Shown here: one piece after another, positions 35,753 through 44,064 of the stretch
How the letters are laid out: each line of letters starts with the position of its first letter
How positions within the stretch are numbered: position 1 is the first letter of the stretch
Assembly: GCA_038210535.1 (NCBI GenBank)
Contig: JBBQWO010000007.1
Span: 47,766-111,765 of the forward strand
Reading direction: 5' to 3'
Source of the DNA: Fimbriimonadales bacterium
GTDB lineage: Bacteria; Armatimonadota; Fimbriimonadia; Fimbriimonadales; Fimbriimonadaceae
Length of the DNA: 64,000 nt
Notes under the pieces: model-generated
Seen by the model: only the letters and a program-made list of their open reading frames with translations
Databases searched by the model: none
Told to the model about the DNA's origin: nothing
Translations under genes and position numbers: made by a program

Positions 35753-36928
35753 GTGAATGAAAGGAGCGGACACTGTTCATGGGCTGGTAATCGCTGTATC
35801 ATCTATCTTATGCTTGCGATCATTGCTGCGCTGACCCTGGGGCCTACCCTCGATCAGAAGATACAAAGTGTGCTTCCCACTGCCAAGGAAGACAAGTGGC
35901 TACAGATTCCTTGGCGAACGAGCCTGATGAAGGCACGAGCGGACGCTCAGCAAGCGGGAAAGCCACTGTTCCTCTGGATCATGAACGGCAGCCCAGTCGG
36001 CTGCACGTGAAATAACGGCCAGTTGGACCGTGCGTTCACTTTTGCCGATCAGAGAATCATCGACGTTCTCACTAAAGAATTCATTCCCGCAGTTGGCAAC
36101 ACCCACGAGTTGCAGAACCAAAAATCTCCCGCCGGGAGCTGGTTCATGTCCGCGGCTCAGCTCGTCAATCCGCGTGTGCTGGACAAGACGACCGCTCAAG
36201 GTTTCTACGTCGTGGCGGCCAACGGCCAACCGTACGGATTCAACAATAACCGTGATCCGGAACGCGTGCTCGACTTTATTCGGAAGAACGGCTCAAGCTT
36301 TAAATCGTCTCCTCCGCCTCCCGCGACTATCGCCGAGTCAGACCTTGCTGCCTCCTTTACTCGGAAGGCTTCCGAAACCGTGAGCACTTTGCGCGCCTTT
36401 ACAAGGATCAAACCCTTGCCCAAGGATTGCGATGTGCTGAACCATAGTGTCGGGCGCGATCACGTTTGGATTTATCCATCCGACCTCGAGCAGGTTGTGG
36501 GACGAACAGGCAAGTTCGATATGCCGGTGCAGTTGGCGACCCGCCTCGCCCGCTACCACCTTGTGGACAATGTCCGAGGCGAGCCTTCCTTCTGGACTCC
36601 TGACGAGGTGAAGAAGTCGGCCTTTCAAATGTGGCCCAAGGGTGGTGGAGTGTTTGCCTTTGCTGGCACCTACGCGATGCAAACTGCAGATAAGCAGCGG
36701 GGGCTGCGTGGGACGCTCGAGGGCGAGATGCGGATAACCGGAGGGTCCCTGTCGCGATTTCGGGCCTATGGCGAGGCCAAGGCATGGGGTGCTGGGCCCT
36801 ATACGCCGCGCCCACCATCGGGAGAGTTTCCTCTGGTGTTTGCCTTCATCGACGTGAACGATGAGTTCTCAAAGGTGACACCGCCACAAGCGGCGGCCTA
36901 CGGTGACGGAGAGTATCGGAGGCCCTAG
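35753..36928 (+). CDS. Candidate selenoprotein: membrane-anchored or exported thioredoxin-fold-like protein with an in-frame TGA (36008-36010) in a G-C-T-U-N context, plus an unknown 300-aa C-terminal domain
   Basis: The track ORFs 35753-36010 and 36023-36928 are in the same frame. They are separated only by TGA and the sense codons AAT AAC GGC CAG. The joined sequence reads '...WRTSLMKARADAQQAGKPLFLWIMNGSPVGCT[TGA]NNGQLDRAFTFADQRIIDVLTKEFIPAV...'. That is the layout of a Trx-fold active site. The start could be GTG 35753 or ATG 35810. Confidence 0.5.
36015..36031 (+). other. Candidate SECIS-like 17-nt hairpin 3' of TGA 36008
   Basis: ACGGCC (36015-20) pairs with GG(A)CCGU (36025-31), where A36027 is bulged. 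The loop is AGUU. It begins 4 nt after the TGA. Confidence 0.3.
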
Positions 36929-36942
36929 GAACCTCAGAGCCT

Positions 36943-36977
36943 GTTTGGTGTTAGGATTCGAAATCCTAACACCAAAC
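36943..36977. terminator. Perfect 16-bp hairpin between convergent genes
   Basis: GTTTGGTGTTAGGATT (36943-58) pairs with AATCCTAACACCAAAC (36962-77), with loop CGA. 'cgctttctt' follows. Confidence 0.7.
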
Positions 36978-36984
36978 CGCTTTC

Positions 36985-37593
36985 TTACCGCTCGACTTCG
37001 CCCTGAAGCCCGCGGCGAACCACAAGGAACTTGATCCGCTTGGGTTGGAAACGCTCTTGCAGAACCTCGACGGCTCGATGGACGAGGACGGTGCCTCCGC
37101 AGTAGAAGAGATCGACTGCTGCGTATTGATGCTCTGGCCAGGTGTGAATCGTGTAGTGCGATTCCTGGATGATCACCGCGCCGCTGACGCCGTAGGGCTT
37201 GAACTCGTGGAACGATTGCGCGACCACAGTTGCTTTACTCTCCACGGCGGCCATTCGCATGGTGTCGCCGACGTAGTCTTCCGTTTCCAGAAGCCGGCCA
37301 TCGCAGCCGTAAAGCTCAACGAGCAGGTGCGAGCCCAGCGAGGGTTCTTCACCTGGACGGAAGGGAAGGCCCTCCTCGTCTCGGCCAAGCCATTCGTCGA
37401 AGGACTCGGGATCATCGGCATGGATAAGGGTCCAGCCTTTGTCGTGGGTGAGTTGTGGCGGAGTTGCCACTGCATCATCTGAGCGGCGCTTGCCGAACAG
37501 TCTTTGCCAGAGGGACATTTTGGCACCAGTCGCGAACGGAGCGGCGACGGCGCAAACAACAAACGAGCTAACCAAAATCGAGAAGATTGACAA
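36985..37593 (-). CDS. speD: S-adenosylmethionine decarboxylase proenzyme (class 1, pyruvoyl) with an N-terminal extension
   Basis: 'HLLVELYGCD', 'GVSGAVIIQESHYTIHTWPEHQYAAVDLFYCG' (E|S self-cleavage site) match B. subtilis-type SpeD. The domain begins near residue 87 of the track ORF. More likely starts are ATG 37518 ('MSLWQRLFG') or an in-frame GTG shortly after it. Confidence 0.75.
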   Translation of the reverse strand: MSIFSILVSSFVVCAVAAPFATGAKMSLWQRLFGKRRSDDAVATPPQLTHDKGWTLIHADDPESFDEWLGRDEEGLPFRPGEEPSLGSHLLVELYGCDGRLLETEDYVGDTMRMAAVESKATVVAQSFHEFKPYGVSGAVIIQESHYTIHTWPEHQYAAVDLFYCGGTVLVHRAVEVLQERFQPKRIKFLVVRRGLQGEVER

Positions 37594-37852
37594 TCACATA
37601 GACCTCACTTTTGAAAACCGTGCGCAGACACAAGATTGCTCTTGCGCGGAAAACCCGACGAGAAGTTGCTGAAGAAGATTTGTCGGGGAAGTGTCTTGAC
37701 TGAGACCGATCTGAGAGAGGGCTCGTTCTGAGCGGTTCAGGCCGCACCCTTCGACTCTTCCTATTTGTGTCATTCCTTCAGCAAGGAGTTTTCTCCTATT
37801 AGCGGCTCCTAACCGCCCATAGCCGCCCCACGGTCACCCGTGACGCAGGGGG

Positions 37853-37881
37853 ATGATACCAGCCCACCCACCTTATGTCAA
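37853..37881 (-). promoter_or_regulatory. Near-consensus sigma70-type promoter reading toward speD
   Basis: The minus strand reads TTGACA (complement of 37876-81), a 17-nt spacer, then TATCAT (complement of 37853-58). Confidence 0.5.
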
Positions 37882-37969
37882 TCAAGTTAGTTCGATTGGG
37901 GCACGATATAGCAATACGCCTGAGGGATGCACATGTTCCATCGTCCCTACCGAAGCCTTGGGGTTCAAC

Positions 37970-39163
37970 TCACCGGACAGGATCAACTTCCTGCAGAGGC
38001 AGACAGGGGGCGCGCGTAATCGCAGATCGGTAGACCTGCGCGACTTTGGTCGCCATCTGCGGGATGCTGTGGGAGCGGACGGAGCGGGAGGCAGCGTCGC
38101 TCATCCGAGCATACAGGCGGTCGTCGTCAAGGACCTCCAGCACGTGCGAAGCCAGATCTTGAGGGTCGTTCTTGGTTGAGAATCCGTTTACTCCCTCTTC
38201 CACGGCCGCGCTGGCGCCGCCTCCTGCGACGATCACTGCGGGAAGGCCGTGGGTCATTGCTTCCTGGATCACGAGGCCTTGGGTTTCAGTAATTGAGGCA
38301 AAGAGGAACAGGTCGGCCGCTGCGTAGTATTGATCCACCAGAGAACGGTCGACGAATCCTACAAATCGCACTCTGTCTCCGATCCCCAGAGAACGCGCGA
38401 TCTGGATACATTCCGAGCGATAAGGTCCGTCGCCAACTAGCCAAAGCCGTAGGGAGCGATCGGATCGGAGAGCTAAGGCAGCAGCTTCTATCAGCACACC
38501 CAAGTTCTTTTCTCTTGCCAGACGTCCCACGTAGAGCAAAATGCGCTGTTCGGGAGGAATGCCAAGCGACCGTCGTGCCTCCGATCGATCGAGGGGGGGG
38601 CCGAATGACAAGCCTGTCGGAATCACCGTCACGGGAGTGTCCACGGAATGCCGCCTCAGCCACTTGAGAGAGGCTTCGGAGGGGGTAATGACATGGTCCA
38701 TCCGGTTGTAGTAAAAGTTCGTGTGCCTCGCGATTCGGAACCGCATGTAGCGACGCGGCAGCAGGCGAAAATAATGGGCATACCGATCATAGAGGGTGTG
38801 ATACGTTGAGACGATCGGCAGGCCGTGTGACTCGGACCATCGAAACCCGACCATGCCCAGCATGTAGGGAGTGTGGGTGTGCACGATATCGTAAGTTTCC
38901 CGCTGAAACCTCTGGAGCATTCGGTAGAAGGGCGGGATTGCCACGGGATAGCCCTTCGACATAGGAGTCTCAAGCGAGCGGAACCGAAAAGTATTGGGGT
39001 CCGAATCCTTGTAGCCGGGGAATCGTGGCGCGTAAAGATGGACCGAATGGCCCTGCCGCCTTAGCTCCTGGACGAGCGCTTCGATGCTAATGCTGACGCC
39101 GTTGAGCACGGGAAGAGCGCTGTCTGAAAAGACCGCTATCCGCAGGCTGTCACCCCGCCTCAC
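37970..39163 (-). CDS. GT4 (group 1) glycosyltransferase
   Basis: 397 aa. It has 'RIAVFSDSALPVLNGVSISIEAL' and the EX7E region 'ETQGLVIQEAMTHGLPAV'. Confidence 0.85.
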   Translation of the reverse strand: MRRGDSLRIAVFSDSALPVLNGVSISIEALVQELRRQGHSVHLYAPRFPGYKDSDPNTFRFRSLETPMSKGYPVAIPPFYRMLQRFQRETYDIVHTHTPYMLGMVGFRWSESHGLPIVSTYHTLYDRYAHYFRLLPRRYMRFRIARHTNFYYNRMDHVITPSEASLKWLRRHSVDTPVTVIPTGLSFGPPLDRSEARRSLGIPPEQRILLYVGRLAREKNLGVLIEAAALALRSDRSLRLWLVGDGPYRSECIQIARSLGIGDRVRFVGFVDRSLVDQYYAAADLFLFASITETQGLVIQEAMTHGLPAVIVAGGGASAAVEEGVNGFSTKNDPQDLASHVLEVLDDDRLYARMSDAASRSVRSHSIPQMATKVAQVYRSAITRAPCLPLQEVDPVR

Positions 39164-39166
39164 TCG

Positions 39167-39709
39167 TCACTCCTGAGGAAATCGGCCATGGTCGCCTACA
39201 AATTTCACGATGTCGCTGAGTCGGAATCTTCGTTGGCCTCCGCCGGTCCGATGGTGTGCGAGCCATCCCCGATTGGTGTAGCGACGTACAGTCGCCGGAC
39301 AAACACCTAGGAGGCGACTAGTTTCTTCGAGGGAAAGTTCGGGGTCCAAAAGCCTCTTGATGAGATCTTGACGCGACTCCTTGAATTCTCCGCTGTAGTA
39401 ATTCGCGGTCACTGAGTCATCGTAGAAACTGCAAAGAAATTCGACGTTCTTCGGCAGCGCCATCCAGGTGGTCTGCAGTTCCGGATCCATGACCGCACTT
39501 TTGAGAGGGTTCTCCGACTTGGCACGACGCGGCCGGGGAGCGCTCATGACCGTTTTCTTGAATCGCGTGCGCTTGGCGTCTCCGTTTTGAGCAACCCCGC
39601 CGTCATTCCCTATCGCCTGCTTAGAGTCCAGAAATGCACTTTCTATATAAGCAAGCGGATCAAACTTATCCGTTTTCAACTCTCTAAGTCTACAACCGTG
39701 GCCGGTCAA
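39167..39709 (-). CDS. Protein with a C-terminal MerR/excisionase-type HTH; the N-terminal part is unknown
   Basis: 'LSLEETSRLLGVCPATVRRYTNRGWLAHHRTGGGQRRFRLSDIVKFV'. The start is uncertain, and the track start overlaps the queA stop by 4 nt. Confidence 0.55.
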   Translation of the reverse strand: MTGHGCRLRELKTDKFDPLAYIESAFLDSKQAIGNDGGVAQNGDAKRTRFKKTVMSAPRPRRAKSENPLKSAVMDPELQTTWMALPKNVEFLCSFYDDSVTANYYSGEFKESRQDLIKRLLDPELSLEETSRLLGVCPATVRRYTNRGWLAHHRTGGGQRRFRLSDIVKFVGDHGRFPQE

Positions 39710-40749
39710 ATGATAAGCATCGAGTCACCAAAGCTTAAAAAACGATATTGTTGGGCAACTGCCTCCTGATAGGCTCCCAGCACATGACCCCTTCCGGCAA
39801 GGGCCGAAATCATGAGCATCATCGTAGTTCCGGGCATGTGGAAGTTGGTGAACATGCCATCAATAACTTGAAAATCGAATCCGGGACGGATGAAAAGCTT
39901 GGTGGATTTGTCTCCATGCGCCACCCTCCGCCGCCCCGTGGCGAAGGATTCGAGCGTTCTGACGGTTGTGGTCCCGACCGCGATGATCCGGCCCTTGCAA
40001 CTGGCGATCTTCTCAGCGGTTTCCGGAGGCAATGTGCAACGTTCGCCGTGCATCTTGTGCAGATCGACATCGTCGATCTTTATCGGGCGGAAGGTGTCGA
40101 GGCTGACGTCCAAAGTGACGTTCGCTAGCTCCACGCCCCTTTGCTGAAGCACTTCAAGCATGGTCTGGTTGAAATGGAGGCCCGCGGTCGGAGCGGCTGC
40201 GCTTCCGGGGGCCGCCGCGTAAACGGTTTGATAGCGCTCCTGATCTTGGAGAACCTTTTGAATATAGGGCGGCAGAGGGGTGAGCCCGACCTGCTTCAAT
40301 CGCTCCATTAAGCCTGTGGGCTGGAGGAATCGAATGGTTCGAAGCTCCTCGTTTGCTTCCTCCACCACCGCGTCGAGACCTTCGCCGAAAGTGACACGCG
40401 CCCCAGGGCGAAGGGATTTTGCTGGCTTCATCATCGCCTCGAAGACTGCCGGGGCAAGCTCTGAGAGGAGCAAGGCTTCCACTGCACCACCGGTGGCTTT
40501 GTGCCCAAGGAGCCGTAAGGCGGTCACGCGGGTGTCGTTCAGCACAAGGAGATCTCCGGGGTGAAGTAGGTCGAGCACATCCGTGAATTGACGGTGCTCG
40601 ACCTCTCCGCGCTTGTGGAGCAACAGAAGTCGGCTTGATGAGCGATCTTGCAACGGGCTTTGCGCGATCAAGTCCGGTGGCAAGTCGTACAAGTAGTCGC
40701 TCAAGCGCTGCACCGGACATCCTCCAACCGCCGGACACGGGACGGCCAA
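39706..40749 (-). CDS. queA: S-adenosylmethionine:tRNA ribosyltransferase-isomerase
   Basis: 347 aa. It has 'LSDYLYDLPPDLIAQSPLQDRSSSRLLLL', 'TPLPPYI', 'GSAAAPTAGLHF' and 'AVGTTTVRTLES'. Confidence 0.9.
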   Translation of the reverse strand: MAVPCPAVGGCPVQRLSDYLYDLPPDLIAQSPLQDRSSSRLLLLHKRGEVEHRQFTDVLDLLHPGDLLVLNDTRVTALRLLGHKATGGAVEALLLSELAPAVFEAMMKPAKSLRPGARVTFGEGLDAVVEEANEELRTIRFLQPTGLMERLKQVGLTPLPPYIQKVLQDQERYQTVYAAAPGSAAAPTAGLHFNQTMLEVLQQRGVELANVTLDVSLDTFRPIKIDDVDLHKMHGERCTLPPETAEKIASCKGRIIAVGTTTVRTLESFATGRRRVAHGDKSTKLFIRPGFDFQVIDGMFTNFHMPGTTMMLMISALAGRGHVLGAYQEAVAQQYRFLSFGDSMLII

Positions 40750-40853
40750 AACCCATGCTCCGGGCCCTCAGGGTGCTTCGTGGCCTTCATGCGATCTTCC
40801 TCGCAGGGTGTAACGAATGCTCGATCCGAGAAGTATGAATGCTAAGAAGCGGC

Positions 40854-40881
40854 TTTACGATTCGGCATAGTGGCGTAAAAT
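40854..40881 (+). promoter_or_regulatory. Possible sigma70-type promoter for the 40902 gene
   Basis: TTTACG (40854-59), a 16-nt spacer, then TAAAAT (40876-81), lying 20 nt before the ATG. Confidence 0.3.
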
Positions 40882-40901
40882 AGCAGCAGACGGACAAATA
40901 C

Positions 40902-41615
40902 ATGAAAAATCGATTTCAGACAATAGGACTCATTAGCCTCATTGCTATCTCTTCTCTGGCCTTTGCAGTCGCCCAGGGCGTCAATCTCAAGCGTACTCTG
41001 AAGGAGGGTCAGACCTTCAAGTACCGCATGGAAGGCAACGTCGATATGCAGGGCACGCCTATCACTCTCACCGGCATCATGCAGGAGAAGGTGGTAAAGG
41101 TCGAAGCCAACGGCAACTTTGCTCTCGAGCAGCAGCAGCTTGAAGGCAAGATCAGCGCGGGCGGCCGGGAAATGGATATGCCAGCCGGCAATGCGACAGT
41201 CACGACTTACAAGACGACGGGCGAGGTAGTGGAGATCAAGGGTTCAACCGAAGATGCCACCGCCTACCGAATGTCCACGCTCGGCCTACTCGTCGATGCG
41301 GGCAAGCTGATCAACGTGGGCGACAAGTGGTCTCATATGGTCAAGGCCGATACTAAAACTGGCTTGGTGGCGGCGAAGGCTGACTATGAAGTGATTGGCG
41401 AGGAAAAAGTTGGCGCGGTAGACACGATCAAGATCAAGGCGACCGTCAAGGAAACGGAAGGCACCGAGCCTGCTTCGAGCGATTCCACTTTATGGATCGA
41501 CAAGAAGGACGGCAGCACGGTTAAAGCTGAGACCAAGTGGACCAAGGCTCCTTTCCCCGGACCCACGGGAACCATGATCCTCGACGCTACGATCAAGCTC
41601 ACTCGAATCGAGTAG
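40902..41615 (+). CDS. Secreted beta-rich protein, unknown function
   Basis: 237 aa with signal peptide 'MKNRFQTIGLISLIAISSLAFAVAQG'. I recognise no family. Confidence 0.5.
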   Translation: MKNRFQTIGLISLIAISSLAFAVAQGVNLKRTLKEGQTFKYRMEGNVDMQGTPITLTGIMQEKVVKVEANGNFALEQQQLEGKISAGGREMDMPAGNATVTTYKTTGEVVEIKGSTEDATAYRMSTLGLLVDAGKLINVGDKWSHMVKADTKTGLVAAKADYEVIGEEKVGAVDTIKIKATVKETEGTEPASSDSTLWIDKKDGSTVKAETKWTKAPFPGPTGTMILDATIKLTRIE

Positions 41616-41636
41616 AAGTAAAGTCGTTAGACAAGG

Positions 41637-41670
41637 ACAACCTTTCGCCTCTTACGAAGCGGAAGGTTGT
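41637..41670 (+). terminator. Intrinsic terminator
   Basis: ACAACCTTTCGC (41637-48) pairs with GCGGAAGGTTGT (41659-70) with one G:U pair. 'ttctgttcttc' follows. Confidence 0.7.
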
Positions 41671-41680
41671 TTCTGTTCTT

Positions 41681-42622
41681 CTAGGGATGCCTTTTCAGGC
41701 ACGAGGCTTGATCAATTCTCCAGGTTCCTAGCGTTGCCTCCCACTGAGTGCCGGATGAGGCAAGGGTGGCATTACTGAGCATGTCTAGCTCAGCAAGAGA
41801 GGCAGCAAACCGCTTCTCTGAGAGGTGAAAGGCCCTTTGCGCGTGATACAGGCGCATCAATTCGTTTCGCTCGTGATGGGCCTCGAGCGGCCGAGGCTGC
41901 TCGGCACCCGTTTCGCCGAACTGTACAACGCCCCACATTTCTGGACGGTGCATGTCGACTGCTCCTTGGGGAGACCAAACCCAGTTCTCCTCTCGCTGTC
42001 CAGGAATGCGCCGATAGCTGCCATTGGCCACTTCATGCTCCCACTGCACGCGTGAAAAGTTGATGCGCCACTGGTCCCCCGGGTTTGGAGGGCAAGGACT
42101 TGAGCCGGCAAGCTCCCGTAGTGCCCTCCACGGGATGGCAATCTCCACCGACCATCCTCGGTCGATGTCGGAAGGTTCGTTTAGGGTGCCATCGATCCAC
42201 ACAGCCGTTCTTAAGCCGCGAATGTCCCATCCGTTGATCGCGGGGCCCCCGTCTCGGTAGGGCCGCACAAGCAGCAGATCCCACACCGTGTTCAGCGCAT
42301 TGATCTCAAGCTCGCCATACAGGTGATTGTCGCCATCAGGATCGATGAATACCTCGAAGTCGTTGTCATTGAAGATGACCGAGTCCCGCTCTGTCAACGA
42401 GCCCCAGACATGAGGCTCCTCCATCTCGGCACCGATGTAAAGACACTCGTCATCCCAAAGCATCTTGACGCGAGTTTGAAAGCGTGGCGTAGGGGCTTCT
42501 GGTCCAAGAATATCCACGAAGGGATCGCTCCACGCGGCTTCGGTCCAAGGGCTCTTATTCAATCGCCCGTCCATCATTGGGGCCGTCGCAGCGCGTCCAC
42601 AGACATAGAATGAGGGATTCAC
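41681..42622 (-). CDS. Carbohydrate-binding family 9-like (DOMON-like) protein
   Basis: 313 aa. 'RVKMLWDDECLYIGAEMEEPHVWGSLTERDSVIFNDNDFEVFIDPDGD' and 'NTVWDLLLVRPYRDGG' match the CBM9-like family I recall. No signal peptide is visible. Confidence 0.65.
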   Translation of the reverse strand: MNPSFYVCGRAATAPMMDGRLNKSPWTEAAWSDPFVDILGPEAPTPRFQTRVKMLWDDECLYIGAEMEEPHVWGSLTERDSVIFNDNDFEVFIDPDGDNHLYGELEINALNTVWDLLLVRPYRDGGPAINGWDIRGLRTAVWIDGTLNEPSDIDRGWSVEIAIPWRALRELAGSSPCPPNPGDQWRINFSRVQWEHEVANGSYRRIPGQREENWVWSPQGAVDMHRPEMWGVVQFGETGAEQPRPLEAHHERNELMRLYHAQRAFHLSEKRFAASLAELDMLSNATLASSGTQWEATLGTWRIDQASCLKRHP

Positions 42623-42681
42623 TTCCCGGGATTAAACCGCACTTGATCAGGCGCGGGCCATAGGCTGCTAGACTTCAGCAA

Positions 42682-44061
42682 ATGCCCCAGAGCATCGCAT
42701 TTCACGGCGCGGCCGAAACGGTCACGGGTTCTCGACACTTGCTTCGCATAAAAGACAAGCTGGTGCTTGTCGATTGCGGAATGTTCCAGGGCGGGCGCGA
42801 ACTGCGTCAGCGCAACTGGGAGCCATTTCCGGTGCCGCCGCATGAGCTCGATGCGATCGTGATTACGCACGCCCACATGGACCACATCGGCTACCTGCCG
42901 AAGCTATCGGCCCTCGGCTATAAGGGCCCGATCTACGCGACGCCCGCCACGATCAAGCTCTCCAGAATTTCACTGCCCGATAGTGCGCGCATTCAAGAAG
43001 AAGATGCGCGCACGGCCAACAAAGTGGGATCGCGTCACCAGCCAGCCCTCCCCCTCTACACCGAAGACGATGCTTTCGCGGTGCTGAAGCTCTTTAAGCC
43101 GCTGCATTATCATCAGAATCAAGTCCTGCCGGGCGGGGCGCAGTTCCGGTTTTTGCCTGCGGGTCATATTCTTGGGTCCGCCTTTGCGGAGATCTATTTC
43201 GAAAACGGCGAGAGAATCCTTATGGGCGGCGACCTTGGCCGCTACAACACGCCCATCATTCGCGATCCTGAGCCGGTGGAACATGCCGAGTACCTGGTGA
43301 TTGAAAGCACCTACGGCGATCGACTGCACCAGGTGGAAGATCCCAAAGAAAAATTGGCGGAGATCTTCCGAGACGCTTGGCAAGGAGGCAACCGTATCCT
43401 CGTGCCCTCTTTTTCGATCGGTAGAACCCAGGAGCTGCTGTACTACATCAGCCGATTGCAAGCGGAGAAGCGAATGCCGCGCATCCCCGTTTTTATCGAT
43501 TCGCCTATGGCTACCTCGGCAACAGAAGCCTATCGAAGCTCGACAGAAGAGCACGACCACGACATGAAGCTCTCGCTGGATCAGGGCCTGAGCGACCTTG
43601 ATCCAGAGGGAGTCTCCTATATCCGAGATCGCCGTCAGTCCCAGGAGCTAAATTCGCGGCAAGGTCCGTTCATGGTGATCGCGGGAAGCGGGATGGCCAA
43701 CGGCGGCCGAATCGTCCACCATCTCTTGCATCATGTTTCGGATTCATCCACCATTGTGCTGTTCACCGGATATCAGGCTGAGGGAACCCTTGGACGCCGC
43801 ATCCTCGAGGGCCAAGAGGTCGTGAGAATATTGAAGAGGGAAGTGCCCGTTCGAGCCAGGATCGAAAAGCTGAATGCGTTGTCGGCTCACCCTGACCAAG
43901 GCGAAATACTGACGTGGCTGAGAGGATTTAAGACCGCGCCACGCAAAACGTTTATCGTTCACGGCGAGCCCCACGCACAGCAGGCCCTTCAGACCAAAAT
44001 TCGAGAGGAATTGGGCTGGGACGTGGTGATTCCACATTGGCACGAAGAGTTCGACCTATAG
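42682..44061 (+). CDS. MBL-fold beta-CASP ribonuclease-like hydrolase
   Basis: 459 aa. It has 'LVDCGMFQG', 'ITHAHMDHIGYLP', 'ESTYGDRLH' and a C-terminal RNA-specificity-like region. Confidence 0.85.
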   Translation: MPQSIAFHGAAETVTGSRHLLRIKDKLVLVDCGMFQGGRELRQRNWEPFPVPPHELDAIVITHAHMDHIGYLPKLSALGYKGPIYATPATIKLSRISLPDSARIQEEDARTANKVGSRHQPALPLYTEDDAFAVLKLFKPLHYHQNQVLPGGAQFRFLPAGHILGSAFAEIYFENGERILMGGDLGRYNTPIIRDPEPVEHAEYLVIESTYGDRLHQVEDPKEKLAEIFRDAWQGGNRILVPSFSIGRTQELLYYISRLQAEKRMPRIPVFIDSPMATSATEAYRSSTEEHDHDMKLSLDQGLSDLDPEGVSYIRDRRQSQELNSRQGPFMVIAGSGMANGGRIVHHLLHHVSDSSTIVLFTGYQAEGTLGRRILEGQEVVRILKREVPVRARIEKLNALSAHPDQGEILTWLRGFKTAPRKTFIVHGEPHAQQALQTKIREELGWDVVIPHWHEEFDL

Positions 44062-44064
44062 TAA

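Noticed and set aside
28126-36010. TGA reassigned genome-wide (Trp/Gly code) as the explanation for the in-frame TGAs
   Set aside because: TGA terminates well-conserved genes at the expected ends in this window: dxr at 30421-30423, NIL at 7214-7216, the lipoprotein at 34014-34016 and truB at 63494-63496.
40154-40756. 200-aa Arg/Pro-rich minus-strand ORF
   Set aside because: It is an alternative frame within queA, which is unambiguous.
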